64,000 nt of DNA, from positions 62,001-126,000 of the forward strand of contig NW_003314365.1 of the NCBI RefSeq assembly GCF_000143415.4. The letters are read 5' to 3'. Under the pieces are notes generated by a model, which was not told the DNA's origin, made no database searches, and saw only the letters and a list, made by a program, of their open reading frames with translations. How positions within the stretch are numbered: position 1 is the first letter of the stretch; each line of letters starts with the position of its first letter. The position numbers and the translations under genes were made by a program. Below are positions 12,200-22,665 of this stretch, one piece after another. The stretch is from Selaginella moellendorffii. Its lineage: Eukaryota > Plantae > Lycopodiophyta.

Positions 12200-12432
12200 A
12201 TGTGTTTCTCACCTGGATCTCCGCCACATCGCCATTGATAGCTGCAAGAATTCGATATCGACGAGCATTTGCCGAAAGAGCACCAGAACTTCTGGCATTT
12301 GCCTGCTGTGGGCAAATGCGTTCCAGAAGAAAACATTTCCATCTTCCATTTTGTGGAGGACACCCAAGGCATCCGCGGCGCGCCCGCACTTTCCATACGT
12401 TTCCATGACGAAATTCGCGAGGAATCTATGAC
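12200..12432 (-). pseudogene. PPR gene fragment (also ~17850-18042, ~38020-38210, ~53400-53597)
   Basis: RFLANFVMETYGKCGRAADALGVLHKMEDGNVFFWNAFAHS...LFRQM. Confidence 0.8.
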
Positions 12433-12499
12433 GATCAGAGCAGCGTCTCCTCCTCGTCGTCAAGAACAATGCGATGGAACCATTCGTTAACTACATGTA

Positions 12500-13482
12500 A
12501 GCTTCGTCAAAATAGCAAATGGCGCAAGGACAGCGATAGCAGAGGTGACGCTGCCACCATTGGGCGACCCGGATAACGATACGCTGCTCCGCACTTTCAC
12601 TCGCATTCCAACAAGGAAGTTCCTCACCCGAGCAGCGCTTGTCTGCTGCGCTTGGCTGGATGATCCGGTCTGGCTCAAACCAAGACAAGCCTTCAAACAA
12701 TACCTCGCAAAGCAAGCATCACAAGCATTGGTTTTGTGATTTAAAGCGGTATGTATATACTCTTGTCCAGATCGCTCAGGAACGCACAAGAGACTGTCTT
12801 GAGCTTCATTCCTCATCTTTGCCACCTTTCGATTTTCGCCAAGTGATGTGTCGAGTGCAGTGCTTCGCATAAGCTTGTGGGTGTGACTAGGCTAGTGGAG
12901 TCACGTTTTAAAGCTTCTCCTTGTCCCTTACCACGCTCGCAGTGGCTTAACGTACCCAGGAGCAGTTGAGGGACTTCTTCGAACCTCGCAGATCCTTGTG
13001 TTGTATCATCGCCTCGCTTGCCATGCTTCTTCTCTTGTCAGCCATCAGCTATGCAGAGTCTAAACCTGCAATCAGCTCTTTATTGAGGAATTGTTTGCTC
13101 TCACCTGATGCTCGATCAAGGCTCTCACAACGTACTCGGGACTAGACTACAGTGGATATCACTGATGCAACAAGCTTTAGGTTCTGAGTCTAAGTTAGTT
13201 GCACCAACTCAAAGATGTTCTGTTCTGTTTCATGGTTTTGAACATGGTTTTTCTATAGGAACAAGCATCAGACTGGAAGCTTTTGGGTGGTGTCTTGACG
13301 AATTAAGCTCCCCGAGGGTTTCCTCTTGCGAAGAAGAGAGAAACAACTACCCCCAACCTTCAGCACTCTTGACATTTCCAGATGCCTTGCAACTCGAATC
13401 TCTTGGGCAGAACGCACCGGTGCTCTTGAGGGGGGTGCCTGGATCAAATCAAACTGATGGGAAACATTCGCGTGCCAGCTGA
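12500..13482 (+). pseudogene. F-box/LRR gene relic, uninterrupted copy spanning the empty insertion site
   Basis: F-box-like LPPLGDPDNDTLLRTFTRIPTRKFLTRAALVCCAW; LRR-like PNLQ/TLDISRC across a frameshift. In other units it is split by the Gypsy element (18113-18460 | 32229-32858; 38280-38627 | 48047-48676). Confidence 0.7.
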
Positions 13483-13929
13483 GCGCCATGCCCAGAATTT
13501 CAAGAAACGATTCATGAAAGTAACAAACACGTTAACAAGCTATTAATGCATAATTTGGACGGGATATCTGGCTAAAATAAAAACAATTATTGTCAAGGTC
13601 ACAGGTTCGAACCCACAGCCAGAGACCCAATTAAATTTTACTTCGCTTGCGGTGGGTCTTTATGGAATTTGCTGGAGTGCTTGAGCAGCAGCAGCAGCCA
13701 CGATGATCATGGTCAGTGTGTCGATCTAGCCCAGACTCTTCCTTTTGCTTTAAAGTCATGCTGGAACGCGTCTCAGCATTGCTCGCTTGAACGCCAGCGG
13801 GTTTGGACGAGGAGAGGAGCTTAAACTTGCAGCCCGCGTGACTCGCAATGCAGCCTTGTCTACGAAAGTATCATTGCATTTCAGCTAGAGGGGGTGTCCA
13901 AGTTTGAATCCACCACTAGCTCCTCCTAC

Positions 13930-14530
13930 ATGCTTCGTCAAAATAGCGAATGGCCGAGGACTACTGACGACCTGGATAACGATACGCTGCTCCACACTTT
14001 CGAGCAGCGTTTGACTGCCGCGCTTGTGCCAACCTCATGTAAGAAAGAGTGGAGCTGAGCGAGAGCGTAGCCTTTCTTCTCGACGTGGGTCCTTGCAGAG
14101 CATTGTGTTGTATCATTCCACCGCTTGTCATGCTTCTTCTTTGCTCTCACCTGACGCTCGATCAAGGCTCTCACAGGCTGCAGTGAATAACAAAGGAATC
14201 ACTGGTGCATCAACCCTCAGGTTCTGAGTCTAAACAGTTGCACCAAATCAGGGATGTGCCTCTCGTGTTTTTGGGAGTGAGTATTTAATTTCATGGTTTT
14301 GAACATGGCCAGAGGATTTGATCTTGCAAAGAAGAGAGAAACGAATAAATACCCCAACCTCCAGCACTCTTGACATTTCCAGATGCCTCTCAACTCTGCT
14401 CTTCAAGAGGGTGCTTGGATCAAATCAAACTTGCTCATTTTCCAGAAACTTTTCTTGTTCCGAGAAACAAATTTTGCTCCAAAAAAAATCCTGGAACCAA
14501 GAAGAGAGGCTTGGAAACGTTCGCGCGACC
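13930..14530 (+). pseudogene. Second, more deleted F-box/LRR relic (also ~33330-33930 and ~49155-49755)
   Basis: Shares blocks CTTCGTCAAAATAGC, GGATAACGATACGCTGCTCC, GATCAAGGCTCTCACA and CAGCACTCTTGACATTTCCAGATGCC with 12500-13482. Confidence 0.7.
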
Positions 14531-15377
14531 TTGCCCACGTGATTGATACGGAACAAGAAATCAGCACGCGTGCCATTCACTCAAAATCAAAAACAAGCGA
14601 AACACTTTAACAGGCTATTAATGTTTAATTTGGACGGGAACCTGTTGGCCGGATATCTGGCTAGAATAAACAAATATATTGGCAAGGTCACAGGTTCGAA
14701 TCCACAGCCAGAGACGCAATCAAAATTTTTTGCGAGATCCAATCAAAAATTTTTGCGTCAGGTTCCCGTCCAAATCGGACACTAATTGCTTCTTAACGTA
14801 TATCATACCTTCACCATAACGGCGCAAGCTCTCGCTCATTTCTAAGCATCCTTTCTAAACCCGTGCGAACGTTTTATAAGGCTGTCATCCTTTCTGTGGT
14901 TGTCAAGCTCAAGAAAGAAACCATTATGAAATGAAGATTTCATGGCTTGTTTGAGCATTGAAGATTAAATTGATCCAGGCACGCTCTTGATTAGCAGCAA
15001 AGAGTACAAGGCTGGAGGTACTTCTCTGTTCTTTCAAATCCTGGGGAGCTTGAGATTTCATCAAGGGGCTTTCTTGTCGTGTTCTATCCAAGTTTGATGC
15101 TTGTTCCTAGCAGCAACAAGAAAAAATCCATGAAATTTCAAGTCACACCCTGTGTGAAGAAGAGGGGGCAATGCATGGAAAGTACTCGGGGCCAAAAGGT
15201 GGCTGTCCACAACAAGAGTATTTAGAGCAAAAAGGGCGAAAGATGAACTGTGGGAAAGCAATGCTTTCACTACAACGTATATCCCTTGTGCCCTGCTGAT
15301 CAATCCAAAAGCCACAACGCTGGTGGTAGTGCAGCAGCTCCTCCGTCCCGCGTTTAAATTCTACAAGCTCTTGCCAG

Positions 15378-16036
15378 GTGCAAGGTTCCATGGCCGTTTG
15401 CGACAAGAGAAATGCTAGTCACGTCTTTCGAACTGGAGCTACCTGAATTGGATGCCGTGGTTGGCTGCTTGCGAACAGTTAAGCTATCAATCACTGTGCC
15501 TCTTTTGTTATTTTATTCACTCCAATGGTGGTGATTTGCCAGGTCCCCCAGGAAGCAGAGACTATCGTCAAGGAGACCATCCATGGTTTTAATGCTTCTC
15601 ATTTGCCTCCTCCAAAAGAGGGCGTCATTCGCATGGAAGCCAACGGTGGATTTATCCTCCAGAAGATTAGCGACGAGAAATGCTACATAAGGTACGCTAT
15701 TAGTTTTTTTTTTTTTTTTGTTTTCTTCTTAAGATAGTCACTACTTCTTTTACAGAGCAGTAATACACCTGGACCTTAAGCTCGACCTTGTTCCGACATG
15801 GGTGATTAACTTCCTTGGGCGTCAAGTTGTGGGACATGGCTTCAGGCTATACCTCAAGGTATATTTCTTTCCTTTTCGGGTGAAAAATGTCTAAGCTTTG
15901 TGTGTTACAGCAGACTGTTTCTTCTGTTAAAGAGAGCAAAGTGTTTCAAGAATGCATCAGGCAACAGCCACTCTACAGCCGCATAACGTTACAGATGCTA
16001 CCAAAATCGAGCCACGAAAATGGATACAAGAGTTGA
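15378..16036 (+). pseudogene. Four 3' exons of a START/SRPBCC-like lipid-binding protein gene (spacer B), 5'-truncated
   Basis: Exons 15378-15477, 15543-15691, 15756-15858, 15914-16036; GT-AG introns of 65/64/55 bp; spliced frame CKVPWPFATREMLV...IHGF...GGFILQKI...LDLKLDLVPTWVINFLGRQVVGHGFRLYLK is open to the stop. Confidence 0.8.
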
Positions 16037-18460
16037 GGTGCTTTTCATAAGAACTATTCATAAGCTTCCTGCACAAGAGCATTTACATTTATAAACAATT
16101 TATAAACAAAGAGGAGCTTGAGGCCCACCGATACTCCTGAAAAGTCCGAACTTATTCATGAGACATATGCAAGGTGGGTTTTATAAGATTTCTGTTGTTT
16201 TGCATGTCTAGAAAAATCTGCTACAGTCAAGCTCAAGAAAGAAACCATTCTCTTCTTGATGGAATGAAACTCTCACTTTCTCCATGCTCTGGCGAGGCCA
16301 TGGCAAACAAAACGGGTTGGATGGACTCTGCATCTCAATCTGAGCAAGCAGCTGATGCAGAAGCTATTTTTGAGAAACAAAGTATAAGTATGCTGCAACA
16401 AGAACCAGCAACATCCGTTTAAGATATTGTTCTGGAAGATGGCTTGTCTGAGCTCGAGTTTGATTTGATCCAGGCACCATGGTCCCGGGAATCTATTCTT
16501 CACTTGGTTGTCCAAGCTGGAGGTCCATAGGTTTGGATCCTTTCAAATCCTCGGGGCGTGAGACTCTGGAGCTCCAAGTTTTGATGCCTTCTCTTGGCAA
16601 TAATATAATATATTGCTCTGAAACCGTGAAAGCTTACTCACCCGCAAACAAAACTCCAGGGTTGCACCAGACATCCAATAAACCTGTGAGAGCCTTGACC
16701 AAGCTCAAACTCAATCAGCTCAGAGCAAGCTTTCTCAAAAGTTTCCAAAGAGCAGATGGCATAACACAAAAAACGTATACCAGGTCACCAACTCATCTCA
16801 TCACAAGTTGCGTTGTGGTCACTCCACGCCTTGGATGTTGATGAACTACAGGCCTCCAATTTATCTTGGAAAATGCTCGAGGCCAAAGGGTGGCGAAGAT
16901 GAGGAATGAAGCGATCTGGACTGGACAAGAGTATAAGCAAAATGAGCACGAGAAGAACCACACATACCGCGGAAAAGCAGTGCTTGTGCTTGTGAGCCTA
17001 GTTTGAAGATGTCTGAGACTGAGAAGAAAGACCATGCTGCTCGACTCATAGAGCACGCCCGGCAGCAGCACACCGCCCGGGTAAAGAGCCCCCTGGATCG
17101 AAAATGTGCAGCAGTAGCGTATAATGGCAATGGCGGTGGTTTTCCATGGCATCGTTCTTGAGCCTTGACGAGGAGGTGCCATCCAGCGAAGATTTGCAGG
17201 AAGGAGGAGCGATCTCCAGCGGTGGGCGCCTGGGCGAGAATGCGGTGAGCACAGATCTGGGAGGGGGAAGGCGCATCCACGAGGAAAATCGTCTCCAGCG
17301 GCCTCGAGGTTCCTTGCTAATCTGGTCATAGAAAGGTATGGAAAGTGCGGGCGCTGGAAATCTTCCAGAAGATGAAAGATCGAGGTTCTTTCTCGTGGAA
17401 GATTGCGATCGCGGCATTTGCCCTTGTTACTCTTTTTCGAGCATCCAGTTATTTCTCTTGGCAGTTATCAATGCCGATCCGGGGGAGATCCACGCGCTAA
17501 TCATCGCCGCGTTACGGTGCTCCGTTGGCGAGCATGCCATCGCCGAGATCTTCTTCTGCCAGGAACTGGACAGACACTTGCATCGGGTGGAACCAGGGCA
17601 TTGCCGTGTGAGCTCGAGACTGGCATCCCAGCCTGATCGGCGCCACATCCCAATCGCCGCCCCAAGCTCCAATTACTACAACGACAAGCCAAAGATGGTG
17701 ACGGTGTTATTGTCTCAGCTCCAGGATTGCGAGGAGATCAGACAGCAGGGGTATGGCGTCCTCCAAAGGCCGTGGTTGATTTACCCTCCAGCAGTAGTCT
17801 TTCAACCAGGCCTGGAGCGGGGCCTTCTGCCAACTTAAGTCGAGGTTCCTGGTGTTTCTCACCTGGATCTCTGCCACATCGCCATTGATAGCTGCAAGAA
17901 TTCGATCGACGAGCATTTGCTGGGCAAATGCGTTCCAGAAGAAAACATTTCCATCTTCCATTTTGTGGAGGACACCCAAGGCATCCGCGGCGTGCCCGCA
18001 CTTTCCATACATTTCCATGATGAAATTCGCGAGGAATCTATGACGATCAGAGCAGCGTCTCCTCCTCGTCGTCAAGAACAATGCGATGGAACCATTCGTT
18101 AACTACAGGTAAGCTTCGTCAAAATAGCAAATGTCTCAAGGACAGCGATAGCAGAGGTGACGCTGCCACCATTGGGCGACCTGGATAACGATACGCTGCT
18201 CTGCACTTTTGCTCGCATTCCAACAAGGAAGTTCCTCACCCAAGCAGCGCTTGTCTGCTGCGCTTGGCTGGATGATCCGGTCTGGCTCAAACCAAGACAA
18301 GCCTTCAAACAATACCTCGCAAAGCAAGCATCACAAGCATTGCTTTTGTGATTTAAAGTGGTATGTATATACTCTTGTCCAGATTGCTCAAGAACGCACA
18401 AGAGACTGTCTTGAGCTTCATTCCTCACCTTTGCCACCTTTCGATTTTCGCCAAGCAATG

Positions 18461-18755
18461 TGAAGAGGTGTGAAAACTCCTCTTCGCTGGAAATCTATTG
18501 TTAGTAAGAAAACAAAAGAGAAAAAGGCCCGATCTCCAAGGGCAGAGAAGAAGCATGAGAAAAAGAATGCTGTGTATTGATAAGAAAAACAATGGAATGG
18601 AGATAGGTATCCACAATTCAGATTCCCCTTTTTGAAAGGCTAGCAGTTCTAACTGCTAGCATATACTATATGTTGTGCATGATTTAATCTATGGCTCTGA
18701 TGCAGCCCTGGGTTCAAAGTCAGAGTCCCCTGAGCCTGGGTTTTTGGCTGATACA
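18461..18755 (-). repeat. 3' LTR of E2 (295 bp)
   Basis: Same LTR sequence, adjacent to the PPT. Confidence 0.95.
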
Positions 18756-18767
18756 CTCTACTCCCCT
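18756..18767 (-). promoter_or_regulatory. Polypurine tract AGGGGAGYAGAG (also 38875-38886, 54301-54312)
   Basis: Purine-rich run directly abutting the 3' LTR on the minus strand. Confidence 0.8.
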
Positions 18768-21701
18768 GACAGAACTAGACACTGTCCTCGGTGTGAACAT
18801 AGTCAATTTCCATTGCTTGTTGTTGCTGCTGCTCAAGTCGATAGAGGTGACGTTTTTGCTGCAGGAGTGTAAGCTCATGGTTAGGGACACTGTCTGGTGG
18901 ATCTGTCCCATCTTCCTGGAGGTCGGCTACCTCAGCCAGCAGGGCGGTATGATCATCCTCGAGCTTTCAGTAGCGGGTGTTGAGCTCTTCGTATTTGAAT
19001 TTGTAGGTGAATTCGTGAGCTGCTGATGGGGTTGATGGCTGCTTGGAGACGATCTTCCTGATGTCCTGGAGGTCAGTGCAGATCTGCTTCATCTCTTTGA
19101 GCTGAGCATCCAGCTGGTGGTTTAAAGGCTCATAGAATTCCTTCTTGATCGCTCCCCAGGTGTATATGAAGGAGTCTTGCTTGAGAAGATGCTGTGCAAT
19201 GTCAGCTCGTGTTGCCTGACTCTGTGGCTGAGGCATAGCTGCTGCTCCTACTCCTGCTCCGTGATCCTGGTGTTTCTCGCTGTGTTCTTGGTCCCGGGAG
19301 TTGAGTTTGCTTTGTTGGATATGGGTGACGTGGTCGGGCCAGATTCTTTGAGGTGGTTGGAGATGAGCTTTTCAGTTTGATGGTAGATGAACGGCCCAGA
19401 TGTGGCGCTGAAATTAATTTATCCGTTCGGAAATTTTTCGCTTGGAATTTTGTTGAAGGGGCGGAATTTTTGTGAATGCTGGTCGTGGTATTTGCTGGAG
19501 GAGGCATGGTTGTGTGTTCTTCAAGTGATTGGTGAAGGTAATCAATGTTTTCTTTTGTGGAACGTGTCAAGGAGGTCGAGGCGTTGAGAATGTTGTTCTC
19601 AGCTGGTGGAGAAATTGAGTTCAGGGCGAGCAGTTGACGTTTTCCTTTGGCGATGTTGATGTGTTTGTGAGAAATTGTCGGTTTTGGGGCTGATTCATGG
19701 TTGGTCCCGACCGTTCCGAACGCCGACTGCCTGACCGCCCGACCGTGGTTATCGACCGGCTGTGAAAATGCCGAACGGCCGAATGGTTCACAAATTTTTT
19801 TTGAAAAAAAAAAACATTTTTAGTAAAACCACATTAATAAAAGTAGGAAAACCAAAGCATTAAACCAAACCAAACCAAACTAAACCAATGCATTAGACCA
19901 TACCAAACCAACTACTACTCATCTTCTTCAACATCTTCGGCAAGTCCCTCGACATCTTCGGCATCTTCCTCAACAATCACATCTTCATTTGGAAGATCTT
20001 CTTCGGCTAAATCTTCTATACCAAGAGATTCAAGCCTAGCTTGCATCTCTACAATCCTCATCCATTGTGGTTCGATTGCAATTGTGTCGAGATCGATCTC
20101 TAGGAACTTCATTCCTTCACTTTCAATACGATCCACCACTCTGGTGTTACTATGTACATAAACCAACTTCTTCAAGTTCTTTGGAAGCAAGCGATTGCAT
20201 CGTTTGGTTTGGATCAAGTTCCAACTACTCCAATTTCGCTCACATGGAGAAGAGCACACTCCTTGGCTCAACACACGAAGTGCTAACTTCCTAAGCTCAG
20301 GCATCTTATATCCATAGGATTCCCACCAAGACACTGGGAATTTCCTTTTTACTTTGCTCTTCGGCAAATCCCAATTGATAGCTCTTCCAATTCCTCGTCG
20401 AAACATATTGAATTACTCATCTAACTTCTCTTCTAGTTGAGTGTCCCCACAGCAATAGAGTGATAAATAATCCATCCAATCACTTCTTACCTCAGCATCC
20501 AAGTTTTGCTCAAGGTATGAAGGATTCAAAGCATGTGCAGCGCTGTGCATAGAGCTATGCATCATAAACCATCGAGCTCTCAGTTTATATTGGTCTTCAA
20601 CCAAGACACACTTAATTGCATCAATTTTATCTGCATCAAGCTTGCCATCTTGAGTTGCAAGCTCCAATCCTTCAATCATACGATACATTGCTTCATAAAT
20701 TAATCCTATTGTTGCGCTCACGATCGGCAAGACTTAACACCTTCAAAATAGGAGCTACCATAACCAATAAAGTAGAAGCATTCTTCCAAAATTCATCATT
20801 GAAAATTGTTGTACGAACATCTTTGGCATCCTTTGTGTTATACCACTTCGACGATTCAAATTCTGCACTCACTATGAATCGTCGAAGGCACAGGAAAACA
20901 TCTTCATGCTGGAGCTGGCTGACCATAAGAAAGATGTAAGCGAATCGAGTCTTTGCAGGCTTCATGAGTTCTCTAGAGCAGAACTTTCGAAATAAAGCAA
21001 GTAACATCGGCTTCTCAGTTATGAACTTCACGATCTTCTCACAGTCATTTACGATCTTAGACACTCAATCAAACTTCCCAATATCCTCCAATAACAAGTC
21101 CAAAACATGGCACATGCATCGATTGTGTAAGATAAAGGGGAATTCTTCTCTCATATGTTCCCCCATTGATACACAATTCGAAGCATTATCAGTGATGACT
21201 TGAACAACATTTTCAACACCAACATCCAAAATGATGGGTCTAAGTTGCTCCCAAAGCCAAAGACCAGTCTTCTCTTCTCCTTTGGTGTCAACACCCTGCC
21301 AAAATACTGAGCTATGGATAGAGGTAACCATGAAATTTATGAATGATCTGCTCTTTATATCAGACCATCCATTAGTCATTATTGTACATCCAAACCGAGT
21401 CCATCCATCACGAAAGGGAGCTAACTTCTCCTTGATTAAAATATAGTGACAAGTGAGCTGAGTAGTACGAAGCTTCTTGTAACCAAGAATCCTCGATGCA
21501 ACACTAGGTCCAGCACTACAAGCGGCTGCGATCATTGCATGAAAATATGGGCTTTTCACAACATTAAATGGTATAGCATTCAAGAAAATGAACTTTGATA
21601 TCGCATCATCTAAGTTCATGTTTCTTGCATCATCAAGCATTTCCTCAATATTGCCATCTCGCATTCGCTTTCGACCAACAAATGATCCCTCATGGCCTAT
21701 A

Positions 21702-21895
21702 TGTAAGCTCCTGAGTTTGGACTTCCCAGGAGGTCACCCAGCCCAGTACTATTCAAACCCAAGGATGCTTAACCCCAAATATCCCAAGACCCTTAACTGA
21801 TTGGAAAAAGGGGTGCACTCTTGTTCATGGGCCCTTTCCCTCTATATTTGAACCCCATGGACCGTCTCTCGAGTCGTTCTCTTTAGTTGCTTACA
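21702..21895. mobile_element. Solo LTR (194 bp) with 5S rRNA-derived domain, Cassandra-like TRIM
   Basis: Termini TGTAAGC...GCTTACA; 5-bp TSD CTATA at 21697-21701 and 21896-21900; removing it restores the transposase frame (PMSASI-GHEGSFVGRKR-MRDG). Confidence 0.88.
21719..21773 (-). other. 5S rRNA-like internal promoter segment (A box to C box)
   Basis: Minus strand GTTAAGCATCCTTGGGTTTGAATAGTACTGGGCTGGGTGACCTCCTGGGAAGTCC; 47/55 match to the plant 5S rRNA sequence as I recall it. Confidence 0.88.
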
Positions 21896-22665
21896 CTATA
21901 GAAGCACTCATAGGTTGAGATTGACTAGCACTTTGTGTACCAGCTCCAGAAGCAGATGCCCCATCAAAATGCCTACTCTGTAGATTTGCTACAGAAGGTA
22001 AAGACAAAGGGGCGTTTGCGATTTGCTCCACAAACATTCGGCGAGCTTGGTTCTGAACATGAAGAGGAATGTTTGAAGCACTACATGCTTCAATATCATG
22101 CCCAGAAACTTTAGCAAGATGCGCCTTGATGCGTTTCGGCGGACCACCATACATTTTACCACAATAATTACATTTCCAACGCCCAGCTCCTTTGCCGGAA
22201 GCATAAGGAGTGAGCTTGGTAACATGGGACCATGCCCAATCGGGCGCCATCCCTCAATTGTGCCAGAATCGCTACAAATCTCTACAATCAAATCTCTGGA
22301 ATCACTGAATTTCTATTTTAGGGCAAAAACTTCAAGCGTCGCGGACTTGGCAATTTGATTTGCGAGGCCTCAGCGCTGCTCCACGCTCAATCGAAAGCAG
22401 AGGCAGGTACGCATGCAGCTCCTATGCCCTCCTCGCAGCAGCAGCATCAGAAATCTAGCACGATCACCATTTTTTTTGCCGAATGGAATCACCGAATGGA
22501 CCTGTCTGACCGTGTTCGGCCGACCACGTTCGGCGGCAGTCGGGGTTTCAGCCGAACGCGGTTAGGACCAACCATGGGCTGATTCAAGTGGATGCAGGGT
22601 CTGGGGTGAGTGTGGATGGTGGTGTGAGTTATCTTCATTGTCGCTGATGATGAGGTGCTCTTAGA

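Larger units (their letters stand above)
19915..22250 (-). pseudogene. hAT transposase (BED zinc finger, DUF659-type core, hAT dimerisation domain), disrupted
   Basis: WKCNYCGK...KAHLA; TNGWSDIKSRSFINF, VVQVITDNASN, CMCHVLDLLLEDIG; WWESYG...CSSPCERNWS. Stops at 21065 and 20413, a frameshift near 20720, and an LTR insertion. Confidence 0.95.
19696..22576 (-). mobile_element. hAT DNA transposon (2881 bp) nested in E2
   Basis: TIRs CATGGTTGGTCC / GGACCAACCATG (12 bp perfect, 16/18 extended); 8-bp TSD GGCTGATT at 19688-19695 and 22577-22584; E1, E3 and E4 show the empty site; CCGA-rich subterminal motifs. Confidence 0.97.

Noticed and set aside
15525-15737. 70-aa ORF MVVICQ... as a standalone gene
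   Set aside because: Its start and end lie in introns; only 15543-15691 is exon.
21719-21773. Functional 5S rRNA gene
   Set aside because: Only ~55 of ~120 nt are present, the 5' half is missing, and it is embedded in an LTR with a TSD.
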